64,000 nucleotides of DNA from Bacteroidales bacterium (GTDB lineage Bacteria > Bacteroidota > Bacteroidia > Bacteroidales > UBA12077). Shown piece after piece: positions 20,575 to 29,304 of the stretch. The notes beneath the pieces are model-generated. The model did no database searches, had not been told where the DNA came from, and saw only the letters and a list, made by a program, of their open reading frames with translations. Every line of letters starts with the position of its first letter. Position 1 is the first letter of the stretch. Position numbers and translations under genes: made by a program. The stretch lies in NCBI GenBank assembly GCA_050179935.1, contig JBFXEQ010000006.1, positions 19,863 through 83,862 of the forward strand, read 5' to 3'.

Positions 20575-22974
20575 TTAAAAATTAGCACGTAAACCTATAA
20601 TAAAATTGCGGCCTGGCGAAACTATCCCTGATGAGTATGGACGATATCGAACATCCAGAATATTCTCAACACCCGCATTTATTGTTACTCCAAATTTAAA
20701 ATTATACGAAGCCAGAAAATTCAATGTGTACCACGAAGGCGAATAAGGATTTCCGTTTTTATCGGTTGCATAAATTGTTGTTTTCTCCTGTTCGCTTGGA
20801 GGTAGGTTATTATAACTTATTTCGCCATTATAATTTGCATAAAAAGAAGCTTTCAGGTTATTTTTTGAATATGAAATACGAGTGTTCCCAAACCAAGGAC
20901 CTGCATGACGCATTGGAACGCCATCCTGATCTTCGCCATGTGTGTAATTTATAGTTGATTCAAATTTTAAATCACTTGGCAGATTAATAATTATTGAACC
21001 ATTAAAGCCATAAATAGTAGCATTATCGGTGTTAACCATTGCGAGCACCTTGCTCATTTCGCCTTCGTACATAATCGAATCAACTCCATTAAATGTAAAA
21101 TCGCGTCGAACAATAGCATTGTTAAGTAAAGTATAAAATCCGGTTAAACTACCCGTTGCAACATCTGAAAACTCTTTTTGAATACCCAGATCGACATTAT
21201 ATGCGTATTCGGCTTTAAGGTTTTCATTTGGTACAACCACATTACCAGGTTCCGACTCAAAGATTTTGCCCATATCATCGAGGTTTGGAGCATGAAATCC
21301 AGATGAGGCATTAAAATGAATCTGCCACGAAGGCACAGGTTTGTAAACAACACCCACAGAACCATTTAAAGCACTTGTATTTAAACTGATGTTGTTAAAC
21401 GGGAAACTAAAAAAAATTGTATCAACAAGCGTTGAATAAAGACTTACATAGTTAAACCGAATGCCAGCAATGGTTGTGAATTTTTCGCTAAAATTTTCTT
21501 TGTAACTCAAATAAGCCGCTAAAGTAGTATAGTCGTTTGTTCCATCGGGATAACGCGTATCTGCAGGCGATTTAATACTAGTTGTTATATCTTTTACATG
21601 AGCTGTTGATATTACAGAATTATAAACAGCCTCAATGCCATAAAATAACTGATTATCACGTTTGAGGTTTTTATCAAAATCGAGATTTATAGAAAATGCA
21701 CCAACCTGTTCGGTGCGTTCAAAAAGCTCATCGCTCCTATATTTTCGGTCGTGACGGCTTTCCTCATAATCCTGGTATGCAAGTGTCATCTTCAATTTAT
21801 CAAAAAACAAATTCGAATTCGTTAAATTCATATTTACCGAATGCATCATCCATTTTTGAGGTCCATAATACCAATCTCCATATCGCAAAGCATTATTTTT
21901 ATATTCGATCAACTTATCGTATCGCGGCACATCCGACAGTTTTGAATAATGAAAAGCATATACAAAATCTAACTCATCAGATACTTTGTAACGAATTTTT
22001 TGCATAAAGTTAATCTGGTTATACCCCGATTGTATTTGCTTGTTTGGGTTTTTATTTGAGACAACTGAATCTATTCCGTTAATTTTAGTAACATACTCAT
22101 TGCGCTGATATTCATCATTTTCTTTACTACCCATTACAAGATCATCAAAATCGCTATAAGTTAAACTAGTTAAAAAACCTAATTTGGTTGTAGCAATATT
22201 AAAATCGAGGTGAGTAGTTTTTTCATTATTTGCTGATGAGTATCGGGTAAGTGCATTTCCAGTTAAATCGATAGCAGGTCCGGTTGCAAGCTTAACTCGT
22301 AAGGTGTGAAAATCCATAACTCCTCCCAACGCATCACTGCCGTATGTTACTGAACCCGGACCAAAAATAATTTCGCTATTTTCGATTGCATTGGCATCAA
22401 TCGATAGCACATTCTGGAGGTTTCCTTCGCGGTAAATAGCATTATTCATTCGAACACCGTCAATCACCAATAAAATTTTATTTGTAGAAAAACCCCTTAT
22501 CATAGGACTGCCGCCACCCAATTGACTTTTCTGAACAAATACTTCGTTTGATTTAGTAAGCAAATCGGCTGCTGTTTGTGGATTTTCAAACTCAATCTCT
22601 TTTTTCGAGATAACAGATATTTTATTCGGAACCTCTTCTCTGTTTTGCTCCCAGCGATAAGCTGAAATAACAAATTCCTCGATCTCGACAACCTGTTTCT
22701 CTACATTTACAATTAATCCATTGTTTATGAGTTGTTGCTTTGTAAATTTTAATCTTTTATATGATGGATGCTGAAAATAAATGATTTCGTTTAATGTGAA
22801 TGCATCAATAATTACCGATCCATCGGCTTTTGATAGCGAGGATTTATTTTTTGCCTTATTAAAAATTGCCATATCAGCAACCGGCTTGCGGGTTTCTACA
22901 TCTATAACTGTAAGTGTTTGAGCAAAAACAGATATGCTTAAAACGCTGAAAAAAGTGATAAAAAGTATTTTCAT
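20575..22974 (-). CDS. TonB-dependent outer-membrane receptor
   Basis: 799 aa with a signal peptide and an N-terminal carboxypeptidase-regulatory-like domain. Plug region (GGSPMIRGFSTNKILLVIDGVRMNNAIYREGNLQN). The C-terminal barrel ends ...IIGLRANF. Confidence 0.85.
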   Translation of the reverse strand: MKILFITFFSVLSISVFAQTLTVIDVETRKPVADMAIFNKAKNKSSLSKADGSVIIDAFTLNEIIYFQHPSYKRLKFTKQQLINNGLIVNVEKQVVEIEEFVISAYRWEQNREEVPNKISVISKKEIEFENPQTAADLLTKSNEVFVQKSQLGGGSPMIRGFSTNKILLVIDGVRMNNAIYREGNLQNVLSIDANAIENSEIIFGPGSVTYGSDALGGVMDFHTLRVKLATGPAIDLTGNALTRYSSANNEKTTHLDFNIATTKLGFLTSLTYSDFDDLVMGSKENDEYQRNEYVTKINGIDSVVSNKNPNKQIQSGYNQINFMQKIRYKVSDELDFVYAFHYSKLSDVPRYDKLIEYKNNALRYGDWYYGPQKWMMHSVNMNLTNSNLFFDKLKMTLAYQDYEESRHDRKYRSDELFERTEQVGAFSINLDFDKNLKRDNQLFYGIEAVYNSVISTAHVKDITTSIKSPADTRYPDGTNDYTTLAAYLSYKENFSEKFTTIAGIRFNYVSLYSTLVDTIFFSFPFNNISLNTSALNGSVGVVYKPVPSWQIHFNASSGFHAPNLDDMGKIFESEPGNVVVPNENLKAEYAYNVDLGIQKEFSDVATGSLTGFYTLLNNAIVRRDFTFNGVDSIMYEGEMSKVLAMVNTDNATIYGFNGSIIINLPSDLKFESTINYTHGEDQDGVPMRHAGPWFGNTRISYSKNNLKASFYANYNGEISYNNLPPSEQEKTTIYATDKNGNPYSPSWYTLNFLASYNFKFGVTINAGVENILDVRYRPYSSGIVSPGRNFIIGLRANF

Positions 22975-23000
22975 AAATATATGTCATCAGAAAAACGACC

Positions 23001-23008
23001 CAAATTTA
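23001..23008 (-). promoter_or_regulatory. candidate -7 box (TAAATTTG on minus strand) for the TonB-dependent receptor gene
   Basis: Matches TAnnTTTG, 27 nt upstream of the ATG at 22974. Confidence 0.35.
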
Positions 23009-23074
23009 GAATAAGATTTGAATTCGATCAGTAGGTTTAACCATAAATCAGTTTTAGTTATTCAATTAATTTAA

Positions 23075-23082
23075 TAAATTTG
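23075..23082 (+). promoter_or_regulatory. candidate -7 box (TAAATTTG) for the 23110 operon
   Basis: Matches TAnnTTTG, 28 nt upstream of the ATG at 23110. Confidence 0.35.
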
Positions 23083-23094
23083 ATCGGTATCAAA
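23079..23094. promoter_or_regulatory. perfect Crp/Fnr-type palindrome TTTGAT-CGGT-ATCAAA
   Basis: Matches the TTGAT-N4-ATCAA consensus exactly. It overlaps the candidate -7 box in the divergent promoter region. It could also occur by chance in AT-rich DNA. Confidence 0.3.
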
Positions 23095-23109
23095 TAACAA
23101 TTACATTCC

Positions 23110-24321
23110 ATGTTTAAAAAAATCGCCATTGCCACGTTGGTTTTAATCATTGTCGTTTCAATTGTTTTTGGCTATTTATACATTAAAGAACAGCGACTGC
23201 CAAATTTTGATGCCATTCAGGCTGTTCCGATTGATGCATCGATAATTATTAAAAGCCAAAATGCTATTTCGAAACTAACCGAAATTCGTGCAGGCAATGA
23301 GATCTGGAGCGAATTAAAAAATCTGCCAGCAGTTAATCAACTTGACGAAGATTTTGCTGCTATAAGTGATTTTGTAAATAAAATACCCGAAGCATCAGAA
23401 ATATTTGCCCAAAAAGAAATTGTTATATCGTTACACAAGCAAAATAAAAAAGATATTGGGATATTGTATTTCATACCGTTAAATGCATCGCGCGACAAAA
23501 AATTAATTCTAGAAGGTATAACGACAAAATTAGGTACTGGAAATCAACCTGTAAAAAGAAATTTCGATAACCAGGTGATTTATCAAATCAAAACAAATCA
23601 AAATAAAAGAACTTTTCATTTTGCATTTATTAAAGGATTGTTAATTCTGAGCCCATCGGGTAAGATGCTCGAAAATGCATTAATCCAGGCAAGTACGAGT
23701 GAATCGCTTAAAAACGATGCCGGATTTTTAAAAGTATCAAAAACAGCGGGTAAAAATGTTGATGCAAATGTTTATATAAATTTTAACCATCTACCAGAAA
23801 TTGCTTCAAAAATTTTTAATACTAGCTTAGAACCATTAGTTAATGATTTTAATAACCTTGGAAATTGGGCTGAGCTCGATTTAACAATTAAGGTTGACGC
23901 TGTTTTATTAAACGGATTTACCTTTAGCAATAGTTCCCTGAACAACTACCTCAACATTTTTATGCAGCAGCAACCTGTTGAGCATAAGATGAATAGCATT
24001 TTACCATCGACCACATCAGTTTTTTACTCCTTTGGCATTAGCAACATTGATCAATATCTGGAAAATTATAAAAAGTATCTCGAAAAATTGAGCAAACTAA
24101 ACTCATACAAATTATTAATCGATAAATTCAAAAATCAATATAATATAGATCTTGAGAAAGATTTTTTTGGTTTGCTCGATCAGGAAGTAGGATTGGTAAT
24201 GACCGACAACTCTGAATCTGATCAAAATCAGAATAAGTACATGGTAATGCAGGTTAAAGGAAAAAGTATTGCAGAAAACACCAAAATCAATGGTAGAAAA
24301 CATTGCCGAGTCGGAAAATAA
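23110..24321 (+). CDS. membrane-anchored hypothetical protein (possibly DUF3352-like); probably the N-terminal part of a frameshifted larger gene
   Basis: 403 aa with an N-terminal TM helix (IAIATLVLIIVVSIVFGYLYI). Its last ~20 codons overlap the next ORF, which is open in the +1 frame from 24248. Confidence 0.6.
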   Translation: MFKKIAIATLVLIIVVSIVFGYLYIKEQRLPNFDAIQAVPIDASIIIKSQNAISKLTEIRAGNEIWSELKNLPAVNQLDEDFAAISDFVNKIPEASEIFAQKEIVISLHKQNKKDIGILYFIPLNASRDKKLILEGITTKLGTGNQPVKRNFDNQVIYQIKTNQNKRTFHFAFIKGLLILSPSGKMLENALIQASTSESLKNDAGFLKVSKTAGKNVDANVYINFNHLPEIASKIFNTSLEPLVNDFNNLGNWAELDLTIKVDAVLLNGFTFSNSSLNNYLNIFMQQQPVEHKMNSILPSTTSVFYSFGISNIDQYLENYKKYLEKLSKLNSYKLLIDKFKNQYNIDLEKDFFGLLDQEVGLVMTDNSESDQNQNKYMVMQVKGKSIAENTKINGRKHCRVGK

Positions 24322-25870
24322 AAAACTAAAAAATTATATTAAAGAAACCCGCATTGATAAAGAAACACAGTATAAAATTTACAAGTTCCCTGCGAAAAAC
24401 GTGTTTGAGAATTTCTTTGGATTTCTTTTTTCGGAAACAAATTTCAATTATTGCACTTTTGTGGATAATTATCTGATATTTAGCTCATCAGAAGATGCAC
24501 TGCTTAAATTTATCCATGCAAACATTCTTAAAAAAACACTCGAATATGATGTTAAGTTTTCGCAGTTTACAGAGTTCCTTTCCTCAAAATCAAATTTCTA
24601 TTTTTATTGCAACATGCTCAGGTCAACAGAGTTGATTGCATCAGTTTTGAATGACACCCTAAAGAATGGCTTTAAAACTCACAAAGAAAGTTTTAAGAAA
24701 TTTCAAGCTCTTGCTTTACAATTTAGCAGGACAAATAACATGATTTACAATAATTTATTTTTAAAATACATACCCGACACCAGAGCCGAGGCCATTACAA
24801 TCTGGGAAAGCCGCCTAGATACTGTTATCGACTTTAAACCTACACTGGTTACAAACCATTATTCGAAAGAAAATGAGATATTTGTTCAGGATCTGAATCA
24901 TAAAATTTACTTGATAAATAAGGTTGGACGCATATTATGGCAAATTCAGCTTAACGAAAAAATCAACAGCGAGATTTATCAGGTTGATTATTATAAAAAT
25001 GGTAAGTTACAGCTTTTGTTTAGTACACAAAGCCAAATCCATTTGATCGACCGCAATGGAAACTATGTTGAACGATACCCTATAAAACTCCGATCGGCGT
25101 CAACAGCTGGTATCTCGGTATTTGATTATGAAAAAAATCGCGATTACAGATTGTTCGTGCCTTGTCGCAATAAAAACATATATGCCTACGATATACAGGG
25201 CAACTTGGTTAATGGATGGACATTTCAGCAATCAGATAAAATAGTTTCTACTCCTGTGCAGCATTTTGCAGTAAACACTAACGACTACATAATGTTTGCC
25301 GACAGCTATAGAATATACATTTTAAACAGAAAAGGCGAAGAGCGTTTACGAATAAAAAATCAGTTTATTAAATCGGACAACAATCAGTTTATCCTCGAAA
25401 CCGAGTCACAAAAGCCACATGTGGTAACTACAGACACATCAGGAACTATTAAAAAAATTTATTTTGATGGCAAAGTGGAAGAACTCACTATTCGTAAATT
25501 TACACCCAATCATTATTTCGATTACCAGGATTTAGATGGCGATGGAAGCAAAGATTTTATTTTTGTTGACGAAAATAAACTCGAAGTTTATAAACAGAAC
25601 GGAAGTTTGTATTTCGAACATTCATTTAACGAAACTATTGTTGATCCTCCTATTTACTTTTACTTTTCGTACGACGACAGAAAAATTGGGATCGTTTCGA
25701 AAACATCTAACCAGATTTATTTGTTTAATAACGACGGTAAACTATATACTGGATTCCCGCTAAAAGGAAGTACCAAATTTACCATTGGCTTTTTTGAAAG
25801 AGGAAGTACCAGCTTTAATTTAATTGTGGGTACCAACTATAACTTATTATATAATTATTCCGTAAATTAG
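24269..25870 (+). CDS. beta-propeller / FG-GAP-like repeat protein; probably the C-terminal part of the same gene as 23110..24321
   Basis: 533 aa. There is no signal peptide and only a TTG start. It has repetitive beta-strand blades (IYLINKVGRILWQ, IHLIDRNGNYV, IYAYDIQGNLV, IYILNRKGEE, IYLFNNDGKLY) and a Ca-binding-like DLDGDGSKDFIF motif. Confidence 0.6.
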   Translation: MQKTPKSMVENIAESENKKLKNYIKETRIDKETQYKIYKFPAKNVFENFFGFLFSETNFNYCTFVDNYLIFSSSEDALLKFIHANILKKTLEYDVKFSQFTEFLSSKSNFYFYCNMLRSTELIASVLNDTLKNGFKTHKESFKKFQALALQFSRTNNMIYNNLFLKYIPDTRAEAITIWESRLDTVIDFKPTLVTNHYSKENEIFVQDLNHKIYLINKVGRILWQIQLNEKINSEIYQVDYYKNGKLQLLFSTQSQIHLIDRNGNYVERYPIKLRSASTAGISVFDYEKNRDYRLFVPCRNKNIYAYDIQGNLVNGWTFQQSDKIVSTPVQHFAVNTNDYIMFADSYRIYILNRKGEERLRIKNQFIKSDNNQFILETESQKPHVVTTDTSGTIKKIYFDGKVEELTIRKFTPNHYFDYQDLDGDGSKDFIFVDENKLEVYKQNGSLYFEHSFNETIVDPPIYFYFSYDDRKIGIVSKTSNQIYLFNNDGKLYTGFPLKGSTKFTIGFFERGSTSFNLIVGTNYNLLYNYSVN

Positions 25871-25900
25871 TCAATCATAAATGAATTAATATACAGGCTT

Positions 25901-27550
25901 ATGTATCGATCAGGATATTTGAATTTAAAAAATGGAATTGTTTTAATAATTATTACAATTCTTTTTACCGGATGCATGCACGACGAGTTTGAGCTCAACA
26001 AACTAATTACCGATGTTGAACTTGAAGGTGGTTTTTTTGCTCCGGTAGGTTACGGCACACTAACTGTACATGATTTAATTGAAGATCTTGATAGTACATC
26101 TTACTTATATACCGATAACGACGGACTGCTATATTTTTCATTTACCGATTCACTTTATTCGTATGGCTCCGAAGAGATTTTAACAGTTCCAGATCAGGAT
26201 TTCTTTGAGTATTTTATCGAAGCAGATTTTTTATTTCCTCCACTTTGGGATACTGTTCCACTAGACCGATCAGAGTTTTTTCCCTTTTCATTTGCTAACG
26301 AAGAAAAACTCGATAGCATTTACCTCGATGCCGGAGATATGATATTTAATATTAGTTCGGATTTTAAACATACCGGGTTGATTATAATTACATGCCCAAG
26401 TATTCGTAAAAATGGCGTAGCATTTACTCAAAATATCAATATCGATGATCCAAGTGGCACATTCTCTACAAATAATACTTTCCCATTAAACGGATACGTT
26501 ATCGAGCTCAAAGACTCAATTGGCAGTGATTCCTTGTTTTTACCCGTTGATTTTCATGTTGAGCTCTATAACGAGGGAAACCCGGTTCTTCCTACCGATC
26601 AAATAGAGATAATTGCTACCATTCAAAATCTGGATTTTGATGCAATTTTTGGATATATTGGCGATTACGAAATAATGGGTCAAACTGATTCTATTGAGTT
26701 TGATGTATTCGACAACGAACTCTTTGTTGGCGGTGTTCAATTCGCTAATCCACAAATAAACTTTAATATTCGTAATTCATTCGGAGTACCTGTTGAAGCA
26801 AACATAACAAGATTTACAGCTTTTACCTCTGATGGAGATTCGCTTGCATTAACCTTGGATACATTAATAAACCCTTTCCAATTTGCCTTTCCAACATTAT
26901 CGGAATACGGGCAGGTTAAAGATTCTGTATGGTCGTTAGATGCAACAAATACAAATATTTCTGATCTGCTAGCAATATTACCAACATCATTTATTTATAA
27001 TGTAGAAGCATCATCAAATCCTGACGGACCTTCAGTACCATACAATTTTGTTTCTGACGAAAGTTATGTTGATATTGAATTTGAGTTTGTTCTTCCGGTT
27101 TGGTTTAAAACCAATGATTTTGCTTTACAAGATACTGTTGAGCTGGATTTAAGCGGCATTGCAGAAGATGCCGATATGATTGAGCAAGCAAACGTTTTAC
27201 TCGCGGTAAGCAATGGATTACCTATAGATATTAATATGCAGGTATATTTTGCGGATTCATTGTACGTCCCGGTTGATACCATGTTTAGATTAAACCAACA
27301 GCCACTCATAAAATCCGGCATTCTCGATGCAAATAATATCGTTCAAACTCCCGGTACAAAAACAGTATTGGTTCAGTACACCGGAGAACAAATTACAAAT
27401 CTTGAAAATGTTCGTTTTGCTATTATTAAAGCCGGTCTAATTACACCCCAATACGACGAAAATGTGTATGTTAAATTCTTTGATTACTATAAAATCGATT
27501 ACAAGATTTCGGCCGATATCGATTTTAGAATTAATACCCAGGACTTATAA
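25901..27550 (+). CDS. hypothetical lipoprotein
   Basis: 549 aa with a lipobox-like ILFTGC signal. It starts 30 nt after the previous gene and ends 12 nt before the next. No recognised family. Confidence 0.6.
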   Translation: MYRSGYLNLKNGIVLIIITILFTGCMHDEFELNKLITDVELEGGFFAPVGYGTLTVHDLIEDLDSTSYLYTDNDGLLYFSFTDSLYSYGSEEILTVPDQDFFEYFIEADFLFPPLWDTVPLDRSEFFPFSFANEEKLDSIYLDAGDMIFNISSDFKHTGLIIITCPSIRKNGVAFTQNINIDDPSGTFSTNNTFPLNGYVIELKDSIGSDSLFLPVDFHVELYNEGNPVLPTDQIEIIATIQNLDFDAIFGYIGDYEIMGQTDSIEFDVFDNELFVGGVQFANPQINFNIRNSFGVPVEANITRFTAFTSDGDSLALTLDTLINPFQFAFPTLSEYGQVKDSVWSLDATNTNISDLLAILPTSFIYNVEASSNPDGPSVPYNFVSDESYVDIEFEFVLPVWFKTNDFALQDTVELDLSGIAEDADMIEQANVLLAVSNGLPIDINMQVYFADSLYVPVDTMFRLNQQPLIKSGILDANNIVQTPGTKTVLVQYTGEQITNLENVRFAIIKAGLITPQYDENVYVKFFDYYKIDYKISADIDFRINTQDL

Positions 27551-27562
27551 AGATTTAAAACC

Positions 27563-29017
27563 ATGAGAGTAACTAAAAAAACATACATAGCTGGTTTATT
27601 GGTTTTAAACCTTTGGTTGGTAACCAGTTTAAATGCGCAGGACAGTCAAACCTTGTATTACCTAAACAGGGTTCCTCAATCAACCTTTATGAATCCTGCA
27701 TTGCAACCATCATGCAATTTCTTTCTCGGACTTCCTGTTGTTTCTTCCGTACAAATGGGTGTTGGAAACAACACTTTCAGTCTTACAGATATTGTAAAGA
27801 AACATCCAACCAACGATTCGTTGATTTTATTTTTGCACCCCGATGCAAATTATAGTAAAGACGATTTTGTTGCCAAGCTTGATAACAATAACTACTTTTT
27901 CGAAAACACCCAAACCGATTTACTAACATTCGGTTTTAGAGCCAATACCTGGTATTTCACATTTAATTTGTCCGAAAAAATTGATGTCTCATTCAACTAT
28001 CCTAAAGATTTAATGATTCTGGCACTTTATGGTAACGAAAAGTTTTTTAACGAGACTGCCGATTTCAGTACATTAGGCGTTAATGGTACTTTCTGGCGCG
28101 AATATGGAATAGGTGTTTCAAAGCAAATTAACGAAAATCTAACATTCGGCATCAGAGGAAAATTATTATTTGGGCATGTTGCCGCAGTAACCGATAATAA
28201 ATCCATGGGAATCTATTCATCGCGCGATTCAATTTATATTCATACAAATACTTATATAAACACATCGATTCCTTTAGAGGCTAAAACAACACCCGAAGGA
28301 GAGTTTGATGGATTTGATGAGTCGGGTTTGGATAGTCTTGATTATATTGATTATGCAATGCAGCACAACAACATGGGCTTTGGCGTTGATTTTGGAGTTT
28401 ATTACAAACCATTAAAAAAACTTGGTCTTTCATTAAGCGTTGTTGACCTGGGTTACATTAAATGGGATACTGATATTACAAACCTTGCATTAAAAGGCGA
28501 CTTTATTTTTAAAGGTGCCGATTTAGGCGAGTTAAGTACAAACGATTCTGCTACAATCGACGGTCAATTCGAAGAGATTCTTGATTCCCTCGAAAACAGC
28601 TTTAAAGTAACCAATCAGGTTACTAATTTTACTACCAATTTAAATACAAAGATTTATTTTGGAGCTTCGTGGCTTGTTTCTAAAAAGTTTGATTTAAGCT
28701 TTTTATACCGTGGATATTTTTTTAATGATCATCTTACAAGTGCTTACACATTCTCTGCAAACGCCCGACCAATAAGAGGTATTTCTGCAACAGTAAGCTA
28801 TTCGATTATGAACGGTTCGTATAATAATATTGGCGTAGGACTTGTTTTAGGTGGAGCACCACTGCAGATTTACGTTGTGGCAGATAATGCTTCGGCTGCC
28901 CTCTGGGGCCACCAAACCACCTCATTAAACTTTAGGGTAGGGTTGAATATTGCTTTTGGATGCAGAGAGAAAAAGAAAAACGAAGATAAGCCATTACTCA
29001 AAACTACTATTTTTTAA
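27563..29017 (+). CDS. putative outer-membrane beta-barrel protein (possibly DUF5723 / PorP-SprF-like)
   Basis: 484 aa. The signal peptide ends ...SLNAQ. The N-terminal motif QTLYYLNRVPQSTFMNPALQP loosely resembles the PorP/SprF N-terminal motif. Alternating beta-strand pattern throughout. Confidence 0.55.
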   Translation: MRVTKKTYIAGLLVLNLWLVTSLNAQDSQTLYYLNRVPQSTFMNPALQPSCNFFLGLPVVSSVQMGVGNNTFSLTDIVKKHPTNDSLILFLHPDANYSKDDFVAKLDNNNYFFENTQTDLLTFGFRANTWYFTFNLSEKIDVSFNYPKDLMILALYGNEKFFNETADFSTLGVNGTFWREYGIGVSKQINENLTFGIRGKLLFGHVAAVTDNKSMGIYSSRDSIYIHTNTYINTSIPLEAKTTPEGEFDGFDESGLDSLDYIDYAMQHNNMGFGVDFGVYYKPLKKLGLSLSVVDLGYIKWDTDITNLALKGDFIFKGADLGELSTNDSATIDGQFEEILDSLENSFKVTNQVTNFTTNLNTKIYFGASWLVSKKFDLSFLYRGYFFNDHLTSAYTFSANARPIRGISATVSYSIMNGSYNNIGVGLVLGGAPLQIYVVADNASAALWGHQTTSLNFRVGLNIAFGCREKKKNEDKPLLKTTIF

Positions 29018-29304
29018 TGTAATTCATAGACCTAACTTTTTTCGATTTTTTTTTGCGAGGAGTCGAAAATTAGCCACATGGTATCAACAACTATCTGTAC
29101 ATATAAACATCTGTATATTAATCCATTGGTAATTACTAAATAGAATTTTAGTAGAGTTCATCGAATTTTGGTCGAATTTTTTTCATTTTATTCAGCAGAA
29201 AAATTATCTTTAATCTTTTAAATCATTATTAATGGCAAAAAAGCCTTAATTAATAAATGAAATTAGAATTGTACTTAAAATAATAACCTAAAAAAATTCT
29301 ACAC

